64,000 nucleotides of DNA from Podarcis pityusensis (lineage: Eukaryota). The first letter of the stretch is position 1; each line of letters starts with the position of its first letter. Positions 25,632 through 36,580 of this stretch are shown here, piece after piece. The notes below the pieces were generated by a model, which was not told the DNA's origin, made no database searches, and saw only the letters and a list, made by a program, of their open reading frames with translations. Made by a program: the position numbers and the translations under genes. The stretch lies in the NCBI GenBank assembly GCA_964106645.2, contig OZ067043.1; one strand, given 5' to 3'.

Positions 25632-25866
25632 ATGGTTTGGGGTGATATGCGTAAATTAAAAGATAACCACACTTCATTGTATTCTTCAACCATGGAAGAC
25701 CTGGATGTGGATCTTGACTCTGGACTAGAGGAAGATGACATTAAACATGAGAGCCCTTATGAAGATTCCACAATCTTTGTAGCTTTTAAAGGCAATCTTG
25801 ATGATGATGACTTCAAACAGAAATTGGACATCATTTTGAACAATGTTCCTGGCCTTTTACACCTGG
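25632..25866 (+). CDS. NCOA6: NCOA6 first coding exon (exon starts 25584; ATG 25632)
   Basis: MVWGDMRKLKDNHTSLYSSTMEDLDVDLDSGLEEDD...STIFVAFKGN matches the recalled NCOA6 N-terminus; donor G|GTATTT. Confidence 0.95.
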
Positions 25867-26200
25867 GTATTTCACTCTTTTGTATTTTTTTAGTGAAAGA
25901 TTGCTTAATTAACTTTCAAATATTAGATTTAGACATGTAAAATTGCAATTCATTTATTTAAAGTTAAATTGCTCTAGAATATTGCAGACTTTTTACTAGT
26001 TATTTTTAGCGAAAAAAATATATATCCCACTCTTCTTCCTGAAGTTACAGTGTACATTTGAATTGCTAGTTGAAATGTCTTGTGTGAAGTAGCTCAGAGT
26101 TACTATTACATATTGATATCAGTTATTGTACTTGAGTAACCATGTACGTTCTCTGTAGTAGGTCAACAAGTTTGTCTTCTTTTTTTCTCCTTTTAACAAG

Positions 26201-26356
26201 AATCTGAAAAGTTAAAACTGAAGAAGGTGGAACCCTGGAACAGTGTACGTGTTACTTTCAATATTCCTCGTGAAGCAGCTGAGCGACTACGATTGCTGGC
26301 TCAGAACAACAACCAACAACTTAGAGACTTGGGAATCCTCTCAGTTCAAATTGAAG
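26201..26356 (+). CDS. NCOA6: NCOA6 coding exon 2
   Basis: 156 nt; [44 protein letters not shown]. Confidence 0.96.
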
Positions 26357-27428
26357 GTAGCTGAAAATACTTTTGCACTTGTTTCTGAACTGTATAAGTA
26401 TACTTAAGAAACACAGTGTTTGAAAAATAAATATTTCCATTAGCTTTTTGAGTACTAAATAATAGTATACCTCACTGGCATCCTGATATTCTGCCTCAGG
26501 GATAGAATACATGTTACACTTTTGTATCTGTACCCTTCATGTGTGTACCCTTCTCCCAGCTGTTTCAGTTAGCAGCACATGGCTCATGAACTCTGGCCAT
26601 CAAATAGGCAGCTTCCGTGCCCCTGCTCCATGTCATCTGTGGTTGCTAGAGAGTGTGGGTAAAACCTGCTATATAAGAACCAGAATTCGTCTGATAAATG
26701 ATGTTAAATGATGGCAGCCTATGACTTTTTACATACTGCTTCTCATTTTCACATGCACTTGAAAATGCCAGTCTGCTGGCAGATCCAAATTATTATTGCT
26801 TACATTTTGGATATTTTCCCACTGCTTCATTGATAAGAATGATAAGATGAAGCTGTACTTGACTAACAGCTGCTTTGCTTTGGTAATATAAGAATATTTC
26901 TGCTTTTTAGCTGTCTTATTCTTGGCTGCAAGGAAAGAAAATCCTTGCACAGAAGAAATACATGCATGGATTGTTTTCTCCATTTAAAATGAATAGGAAA
27001 ACTCAACATACATATCATAGCATCTACACCCACAAAAATTGCTGGATTGGAGCAACTAGAAGAAACAACCTTATTTGTTTGTTTTTAATTTATTAAATTT
27101 TTATCCAACACTTCTTCCCAAAGGAGCCGAGGGTGGCAGATGAACTCTCAATATTAAGCTTTCAAGTGACTTTTTAAGGAAAGCCAAGAAGTGTGCAAGC
27201 TCTATTCCCTCTTATTTGTTTGTTTTAAATGCATGTTGTTGATCTGAATCCAATTTTTTCAATTTTTTCAATTTCATGGTTCTGCATGGGACAATGTGGG
27301 ACAATGACAATAAAGGCATCGTATATCGTATATACCACTTTTCAACAGCCCTTTTTAAATGCTACTTTGTAGTTTCCTGCCCTGCCATATTGAAGCAATA
27401 TTTATGCTCTGTTAATGATTGCTTTCAG

Positions 27429-27551
27429 GTGAAGGTGCCATCAATTTGTCATTGGCTCAAAACCGAGGCCAAGATGTGAGGATTAATGGGCCTATTGGAC
27501 AAAACAACTCAGTACGAATGGAGACAGGCTTTCCCATACCAGGAAACCAAG
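27429..27551 (+). CDS. NCOA6: NCOA6 coding exon 3 (followed by GC donor)
   Basis: 123 nt; GEGAINLSLAQNRGQDVRINGPIGQNNSVRMETGFPIPGNQ; donor AAG|GCAAGT. Confidence 0.92.
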
Positions 27552-27790
27552 GCAAGTTCAGTTTTTTAAAAGTTAGTGATACGTTACTTTGTGAAATATG
27601 CAACTGTTCTTTCATACAACTCCAAAGACTTTTCACTTCTTGATTTTTCACGTTTGTGGAATGTTTGGGGTTTTTCTTGGGAACATTTATAGGCTGCTAA
27701 CAATTTATTGCCATGTGCAAATTTTCTTACTATAACTAAGTATAGAAGAATGGTTTTTAAAGCCTGTTTTAATGTTTTATCCTCTTAATA

Positions 27791-27926
27791 CAGGCTTCAT
27801 CAACCTTGGCCCTCCAGATGTTTTGAGACTACAATTCCCATCATCCCTGACCACTGGTCCTGCTAGTTAGAGATCATGAGAGTTGTAGGCCAAAAACATT
27901 TGGAAGGCCAAGGTTGAGGAAGCCAC
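27791..27926. mobile_element. Palindromic hAT-type MITE (best copy of a family also seen near 9036, 19548, 35900, 42190, 51478, 51683, 55645, 56075, 58510, 60500)
   Basis: caggcttcatcaaccttggccctccagatg...actacaattcccatcatccct / agatcatgagagttgtagg...tggaaggccaaggttgaggaagcc. Confidence 0.75.
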
Positions 27927-28594
27927 CTCTAAGATTCTACATGGCAGATTTTCCAAAGTTCCCTTCAAGGATAGATGCTGTTCTTATAACCATTCAGAGA
28001 TAATACATAATTTAACTTCTAGTGAGGAAGTTTTGTAATCAGTGTTTAGAAGCCTGTGTAAGTGTCTTTTTGAGGGTCCTGATTTTTATTTAAAAACAGG
28101 AATGTTTTTAAATAGGGAAAGAGAATGTCCCTTTGCTTGAGAAGAAATCTGTTTGCACAATGTTGGATTTCACCCATTGGATTCAGTTAAAAAAGTAAAT
28201 AATTTGGTTTGGTTTTGCCGCTGATAATAGTGATAATGACAAACACAAAAAGAAAGCTAAATAATATGTAAAATTCAATGGAAAAATTAAAAGTAGAGTC
28301 AGGAAGACAAAGCAGATAATATAGACAAAGAAACACTTGTTAGGAGATTTTTTTTATGATACTAATTTAACAAGCCATGAAGAGAAATTGAAGAAGACAA
28401 AGGGTCAGTAACCGTGGATTTGTTGCTGTTTTTGGTTTGGTTCTTAAATTGCTTATTGGTGTTCTGGAACAAGGTTGGCCATGCTCCCTTTTTAGAGAAT
28501 AATGAAGGCCATACATATCTTAACATATGTATTTGATACTCTTATTTGTAATGTGTTCCTATTTGTATGATCTAGCATTCATATTTTATTTTTT

Positions 28595-28792
28595 TATCAT
28601 TACATTTCTATTGCGCCCTTCCAAGGAGTTCAGTGTGGCATACATTGTTCCCCCACCCCCATATTATTCTCAGAACAACCCTTTGAGAAAGTGATTGGCA
28701 CAAGGTTACCTATCAAGCTACATGGCAGCATAGGGATTTGAACACTGGTCTCCCAGCTTCTGTTCCAAGCCTCTGGCCCCTACAACACACTA
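28595..28792 (-). mobile_element. Degraded tRNA/CORE SINE
   Basis: cagaacaaccctttgag...gggatttgaacactggtctccc; similar to 11255 and 24487 copies. Confidence 0.55.
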
Positions 28793-29062
28793 GATATCTA
28801 CAATGTGGTTTCCTTTAGCAATTCATTCTCCTTTATCGATCCACATTGGAGTGGCTTTTGCCACAGAGACAACAGTTTTGTTAGAATTTCTGCTTTCTTG
28901 CATATATATTCAAAACTCGAATATACCACAAATAAATATACCACACAAAAACTTCAAAATTTCAGTGCAGGATTTGAAGCTTTTCTCATTCTGTGCAATG
29001 CTGTACTTTGCAATTTGACAATTTGCTTCTTTGCACAATGAAAAATATGGTTATGTTTCTAG

Positions 29063-29191
29063 GGTTAATAAGAATAAACAATCCTGCAACTGTGATGATG
29101 CAGCAAAGTGGGAATGTATCATCATCTATGATGACGAGTGCAGCTAACACAGAGTTGCAACCTAGAACACCTTGTCCAACATCTCAGTCAG
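29063..29191 (+). CDS. NCOA6: NCOA6 coding exon 4
   Basis: 129 nt; LIRINNPATVMMQQSGNVSSSMMTSAANTELQPRTPCPTSQS; donor G|GTAATC. Confidence 0.95.
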
Positions 29192-29582
29192 GTAATCAGC
29201 TTAGATCTTACTTGGATAAATATATCTGGAGAAATGTGAATTTGTGTTTTATTTCCCCTGGCTTCTGCTTATTAATCTGGAAACGCATTCTATAATATTT
29301 ACCCAAGCTCTTAACTAGCTCTTTGCATGGAATGAGCTGCACTTTTTAAATATTCAAATATTATTGCAGATTTCATGTTGTTGTTGCCTAGTCCCCATTT
29401 CACAAAAATATGTGAAGTGTGGTAAAAAATTATTGAGAAATATCCTGAGCTGCATGTGTGCGCACGTGTGTGTGTGTGTGTGTGCTTGCTTGTGAGGGAC
29501 AGAAAGAGAATGCTTGTTTCTCTGAATATTACTAGACTAACTACAGACAATATTTCTTTTTCTTCTCCATTTCTTTTTATAG

Positions 29583-30398
29583 ATTCAGTGGATCCACTTT
29601 TGTCAGGGCTAGCCATCCAACAGCAAAATCATCCATCTGGATCTGTAGTGCCTCAACTCCATTCAGTACAGCCAGTTTCTGTTAATAGGCAAATAAACCC
29701 AGCCAACTTTCAGCAGATGCAACCACAGCAACAATTGCAGCCACGCCCTCCTCAACAGCACCAGCAACCACAACAGGGTATTCGTCCTTCGTTCACAACC
29801 CCAACTCAGGTTCCAGTTTCTCCTGGTTGGAACCAGGTGCCTTCTGGAATAGTTCAGCCTCCTCCGTCGCAAGGCGCAATGGGCACATTTACAGTTAACC
29901 AGGGCTGGAAAAAGGGCCCTTTGCCTGGACAAATGCAGCAGCAACTCCAAGTCAGACCATCTTTGGCAACGGTACAAACACCCTCCCATCCTCCACCCCC
30001 ATACCCTTTTGGAAGCCAACAAGCTTCTCAGGCACACACAAACTTTCCTCAGATGAACAACTCTGGCCAATTTACTGCTCCTCAGATGAAGAATCTTCAG
30101 GGAGGGCCTTCACGGGTCCCTACACCACTACAACAACCCCACCTGACCAACAAATCTCCTGCCTCCTCTCCCTCCTCTTTTCAGCAAGGATCTCCCGCAT
30201 CCTCCCCAACAGTTAACCAAGCACAGCAGCAGATGGGACCAAGGCCTCCCCAGAATAATACTCTCCCCCAGGGGTTCCAACAGCCTATTAATTCTCCTAG
30301 CCGTAATCCTATGGTACAGCAGGGGAATGTACCTCCAAACTTCATGGTAATGCAACAGCAAAACCAGGGTCCACAGGGCTTACATCCCGGGCTAGGAG
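29583..30398 (+). CDS. NCOA6: NCOA6 coding exon 5 (Q/P-rich)
   Basis: 816 nt; DSVDPLLSGL...SHPPPPYPFGSQQASQAH...GLHPGLG; donor G|GTAAGT. Confidence 0.96.
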
Positions 30399-31555
30399 GT
30401 AAGTAATCATTTTATTGCAAAATATTTGTTCCTAGACTTTATAGCAAATTAGTTAGTTACCTATGAACACTGAATTAATATGCAACACCATGTGAATTTC
30501 CTGTTGATATATTAAAGAATTGAACTGCTGAATAATTTTTGTCATTGTTTTTCCTGGACAGGTTGCACATGTTTATATGTTTTGTATGTTGCCTTGCTAT
30601 TACTATAAAAGCATAAGAGTTGGAAGAAATATCACCTTGCCCAAACCAGTGCTTTGAGACAGAATACTGTAAATCTCTATTGCTTTCCTAACAGGCCATG
30701 TTTTGCTTGAAATCTTCCAAGGGAGGAGATACCACAGCATTCTAAAGCCGATTGTACAGTTGCTGAAATAATTTCATAAATGGGAACTTTCCCTGACAGT
30801 TTGATTTTAAATCTCTTGTAATGTAAATCCATTGCTCATGTATCCTTAATTAATAATTAGTAATAAACAATTACTCAGTAGAAGAGTTTGATTATCATTT
30901 CTGGGTTAATAAGCTGAGATATGTAGCGTTTTGGCTGTGTATGCAGCCGCTTTACTCCTCCCTTCATACTGAGAGCAAACAAACCAGGAAATTTTTTGTT
31001 AACTAGTTTTCTGTTTCAAATGAACAAGCCAGGATATTTAGCCCTGGGCTTAATTTTGACACAATATCTTAGCTTGTTCTAAAGTTGTTAACCATAATTT
31101 CCCAATTTGGACAAAATGGAAAAATAGTCTGTTGAAGTCTTTCTGGTTTATTTTCTTGCTCATGCCTAAGGGTGCACGTGTAGTTAAAAAGCTTGTTATT
31201 AAGCAGTGATATGATTGTTCAAACATGGTTATTCTTTCTGATAGTGAAAAACATTATTATCATTTCTAATCTTTTTTTTCTAGGTTGGGCAAACAAGCCT
31301 CTCATTACTTGACATAGTCATTGAGTCCATAGTCAGTTTATTTATATATCACAATTTTCACAGATTTGTGCTTAGAGTGGTTTGCCGAAAATCAGTCGGA
31401 ATGCAATAATACAATAATTACAATATATAACTAAAATTACAATATTCCTATTGTGTTTCAACAGTTAATTTATTAAAATTTATCAAATTAAATTAAATTA
31501 GCACAAAGTTTACTAACAGACTAAATAATATTCCATAGAATCTCTAAAGCTAATA

Positions 31556-31761
31556 CAGTCATACCTCATGTTGCGTCCGCTTCAGGTTACGTCTTTTCAA
31601 GTTGCGTCCCGTGGCAACCCGGAAGTACCAGAATGGTTACTTCCAAGTTTCGCCACTCACGCATGCGCAGAAGCGCTAAATCGCACACTTCTGGATACAA
31701 ACGCTTCGAGTTGCGGATGTGCCTCCGGGACAGATTATGTCCACAAGTCGCGGTTCCACTG
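31556..31761. mobile_element. Tc1/mariner-type MITE, degenerate TIRs
   Basis: TA|CAGTCATACCTC ... GCGGTTCCACTG|TA; CpG-rich interior with gcttcaggttac as in the 10375 element. Confidence 0.7.
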
Positions 31762-32011
31762 TAATAGTAGTAACTATTAACACCCTTATCCAAAAAAGCC
31801 TTTGCATACATAGAGTCAAAAGACAAGACCACCCCACTCCATTTCTTCTGGCTGCTGCTCACTTATTAAGGCTGCTGGAGCTGGAGGGTGGAACATAGCC
31901 CTCCCCCCATTTTTCCTGCTTTATTATCCTCTTAACTGTATCATGATAAGAATATATTAATCAATGTTAATATACAATGCAATTAATAAACAAAGTTATT
32001 TTTCTGTCCAG

Positions 32012-32158
32012 GAATGCCCAAGCGTCTCCCACCTGGCTTTCCTGCAGGACAGGCAAATCAGAACTTCATGCAAAGTCAGGTGCCTTCTACAGCACCAGGG
32101 ACACCTGCAAATAGTGGAACACCCCAATTGCAAACAAGTCAGAGTGTGCAGCACACAG
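32012..32158 (+). CDS. NCOA6: NCOA6 coding exon 6
   Basis: 147 nt; GMPKRLPPGFPAGQANQNFMQSQVPSTAPGTPANSGTPQLQTSQSVQHT. Confidence 0.94.
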
Positions 32159-33146
32159 GTCTGGTAGCTGAATTTTAATAGATTATTGGTCTGCTTTTCT
32201 TATTTATGGAAGCTCACTCTAAATGACAATACAGTGTTGTATCCAACGGTGGTTTAGGAGTAGCTGAACTGCTGCTCCTAGTACAAGGTGACACACTCAG
32301 TTTTTGCCAATCCCCCATACTAATTATAGCACTTTATGCCATATCCAATCTTGAGTGGCCCCTAACCTTCAAGGGATTTTTTTGGGGCGTGGTAGTGGGG
32401 AACATAGGAGGGATTGGTGAAAATCTGGTGCCTTACCTTGTGCAAGCACAAAGCCATCATTAGAGACAATCCACATTACTTGGCAAATGATGTATTTTCA
32501 ATAGTAGTAATTTTTATATGTGTAGAAACGTGACTGCTGTGTTAAATGACACAGAACTGTCAACATCAAAAGTTAGGTTTATCTGAAAGGATAGTGCAAT
32601 GAATTTAGTGCCATTTTGAAAAAATGCCTTCTTCTGTTTGCTGTTGTGGAGACAGTAAACAGCTGTCTTAGGTAAAGTAGGTGCAATAGAGGCCTTGGGT
32701 TTAGAGAGAGAAACACTGGGAAGACCAATTAGAACCTTTCACCCTTTTGTAAAAAATATTTTGTTCATAGACAATGCCCTGGAAACATTATAAAACCCTA
32801 TTTGCCTTTCAGTAAAAGATTCTAAATATGACTCTGTTGAATAATATATTATGCTGTTAACTTCTATTTGCTTTGCCCCCCGTTCTAGTCCACCACTGAT
32901 CTGTTACCTCTTTCTTTTGCATGTTCTGATCATGTATGATTGGCAGAAATGCTGTTAGAGAATAATTCTTAGGATTTCCAACATTCACAAATACTTTCAG
33001 ACCATGTTTCAAATATTGGAATTTTGATAGTACAGTATTGTAAATGTTAAACACAGAGAAAATTTTCTGGACTAGTTTATTAATTTACATGCTCTTATGC
33101 CAATTCAGTTTACAATTGTCTAACCTGAACTATTAAAATTTTTAAG

Positions 33147-34266
33147 GTGGTCAAGGAAATGGTCCTCCTCAGAATCAGATGCAAGTTCAACATGGCCCAT
33201 CAAATATGATGCAGACCAACTTAATGGGTCTTCATGGAAATATGAACAACCAGCAGACAGGTACCAGTGGAGTTCCACAAGTTAATATGGGCAACATGCA
33301 GGGACAGCCTCCACAAGGACCACAATCTCAGCTAATGGGGATGCACCAACAAATAGTGTCCTCCCAAGGACAGATGGTGAACATTCAGCCTCAGGGATCT
33401 CTAAATCCTCAAAACCAGATGATACTTTCTCGAGCTCAGCTCATGCCACAGGGCCAGATGATGGTAGCATCTCAGAACCAAAATCTTGGTCCATCACAAC
33501 AAAGGATGACACCACCCAAGCAGATGATTCCCCAGCAAGGCCAACAGATGATGGCTGCACATAATCAGATGATGGGACCGCAAGGCCAGGTGTTGCTGCA
33601 GCAAAATTCAATGATGGAGCAGATGATGACCAATCAGATGCAAGGAAATAAGCAGCCGTTCGGTGCTCAAAGCCAGTCCAATGTTATGACGGGGCCAGCT
33701 CAAATAATGAGAGGACCAACCCCCAATATGCAGGGAAACATGGTGCAATTCACAGGACAGATGATGGCCCAGCAAGGCCCTGTGAACAGCAATCCTTCTC
33801 AGGTTATGGGGATTCAAGGACAAGTTCTGAGACCCACAGGAACTAACCCTCACATGTCTCAGCAACTGGGTGATACCACCACTACTACAAACAGTGATGT
33901 GAACTTGACACAAATGCTACCTGATGTTTCTATGCAACAAGGAAACATGGTGCCTCCTCACTTGCAAGGGATGCAGGGAAACAACAATACACCAGGGAGC
34001 CATTTTGCTGGGCATGGGATGCCCTTTAGTACTCCTTTTAGTGGAGCTCAAAATGGGAATCAGATTTCCTGTGGACAAAACCCAGGTTTTCCTGTCAACA
34101 AGGATGTCACAATAACAAGCCCTTTGTTGGTAAACTTGCTGCAAAGTGATATATCTGCAGGACATTTTGGTGTGAACAGCAAACCGAACAATCAAAATGC
34201 CAATAAACCCAAGAAGAAGAAACCTCCAAGGAAGAAGAAAAATAATCAGCAAGTAGAACAAATTAA
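33147..34266 (+). CDS. NCOA6: NCOA6 coding exon 7, with LxxLL-1 (LVNLL, 34127-34141) and basic NLS-like KPKKKKPPRKKK
   Basis: 1120 nt within the 363-aa ORF; TSPLLVNLLQSDISAGHFGV; donor AA|GTAGGT (phase 2). Confidence 0.96.
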
Positions 34267-36550
34267 GTAGGTTTAACATTTTTGTTTCCTACACAACTGA
34301 ACCAAGTTTGTTTCTATTTCAGTTGAACATAAGGTTTGCATTTGCTAGCAGTTCTTTTAAGTAAATACTTTTAATTCACAAAGCAATGCCAGTTTTGCAA
34401 TTTACACCTCCATCCCATGCAGAAATAAAGAGAAGACAATTAAAGAAGTAACTTTACCAACAATTCATTCTGTGTTTGTGTTAGTTGTTAAGTTAGAACC
34501 CCAAGTGTTGTCACTCTTCAGGTGAAAACTCTTTTTTAAAAAATAGGGCTGATGTAGAAGTAACTCAGAAAAGCAGCACCAGAAAGAAACCTCAGTGACA
34601 GGTTTTTAGTTGAATTATAGGCACAATAAATGATTGAAGAGCACTTTCAGACATGCTACTACATAGTGTGCTTGTCACTGCTGAGGCTTTCAGTGCAGTC
34701 TACAGAATGATGAGAAATCAGGGCTGGCTATAGGAAGAGGAGTTTTTTGTATGGGGCTGTGCCTATGGACATTGCTGCCAAAATGCCCCAGATACAATTG
34801 GATCACAGCCAGCTAGTACTCTCTCTTAACTTTGCTCCCACTCCTCTTTCCTTAAGTGCACATACCAGCTCTCCTTTCCCCGTCACTTACCATGGTGTTT
34901 CACACCATTTTTGCAGGCCAGAAAATATGCTTGTATTGATAAATAGTATACTATTTCCTTGTCTATTTGACCTGGAAAAAAATTGCCAGACCAGGCCACT
35001 TGAAAGCCACACTGGTAATGGGAAGGAGGCCTTGAGCCTTGCCTACCACTTGATGACACTTGCTGGATCATTGATGGGACAAATGACTGTTGTCCTGTTA
35101 CTACATTAGGTAGAACTATATAAAAACAAAGTGTCTAGACTGTAACACAAATAATAAAACCTCATTTTCACAATTGGTTACATAACACTAACATGTTCAT
35201 GAGTGGATTTGTTCAGTGGAGACAGTATTCCAGTATTAGAGTAATTCCTACAACAAAATGCTCATTCCATACAATGTGTTGAATTGTATGGTAGCTGTCC
35301 CAGAAATATTCTACTTACAGTAGGCCATAGGGCATTTAAGTGGGTCTCAGGATTGTGCTACCTGCCTCTGCACAAAGGAGTGAATTTGTGAGTCAGGATT
35401 TTCACAAATTTCCTAATTTCAACAGCATTTTTCCTCCTAAAAGGAGCAGGAGAAAGTGGGGATCAAGTTTATGTCTGTATCTGTGGATGCCCTGGTCACA
35501 TGATTTCCTGCGTGCAGTGTTTAGTAGGCCACAGTTCCATAGTTCACTTTTCTACCTTATTACGTGTAATGAAAAATGTTGTGATAGAAAGTATCAGTCA
35601 TTAAAAATTGAGAACATACATTTAGATTTTCAGAATATAATAATAGATTGCAGTGTATGGCTTTTCATTATAACACATTAATAGGAAAAGACACAATTAT
35701 AAGAAAAGATACTATTTTCTGAATTCTGTTGTTGTTATGACTTGGGGGAAAAAGCAAGGTTGCCTGTTTTTATAAATGGGTGATGGTCACATGGCTTTTT
35801 CATGGGTGGCAGAGAAATGCACAGCATCAATCTTTAAATGTATCTTTTAAGTCCACAAGGCCACATGGACCTCTGAGATTTTGACCATAGTCAAACAGTC
35901 AAGCCTTCCCCAACTTTGTACTCTACAACTGTTTTGGACTACAGCTGCCATTAGTCCAAGCCGGCATAGTCTGTAAGCCAAAACAGTCGAAAGGAACTTG
36001 GTTGGGGTAGGCTAGCTTAGTCTGTTGCAGTACAGGCAATGAATACAGCCGTTCATGTGATCAAAGCACTGTTGTCTGCTGTCTGACTTTTAAGTTGACT
36101 GTGGCTTTTACAAACTTCTGTCGCCTTCAGACTCCTTCAAAAACACCCTAACACTCAGCAACTTCCAGTGTTTGAAGTGCTTTGTGTATTGCTAAACCTT
36201 GGCGCACTTGTAAGATACGCTAGTATTATTGCTCTTACTGTGCAAACTGTGGAGCAAACAATGAGAAATTAGGTACTTGACCAAGACGGGTCCCCAGCTA
36301 TGTGATGTCAGTACAACCTAAACTTCCAAATAGATTACAAATATTTTTCAAGTTAGCCTCTAGTGTAGTGTTTAGTTGGGGGTAAAGAAAGGGAATAAGC
36401 TGAAGAACATGAGGGGAGAGCTGTCTTTGTTGTGCAAAGAGCTTGATTTTGTAAAGTTTCCTTATGCAACTAATGATGTTCCTGACATTTATTCTCTGTA
36501 GCTTTTGAAAAGAGAGTCTAAAGTCAGTGATGTGTTAAACTTAGTGGCTT

Positions 36551-36580
36551 GTATTGTATTGTATTGTATTGTATAGTATG
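36551..36580. repeat. (GTATT)n microsatellite
   Basis: Direct inspection. Confidence 0.85.
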
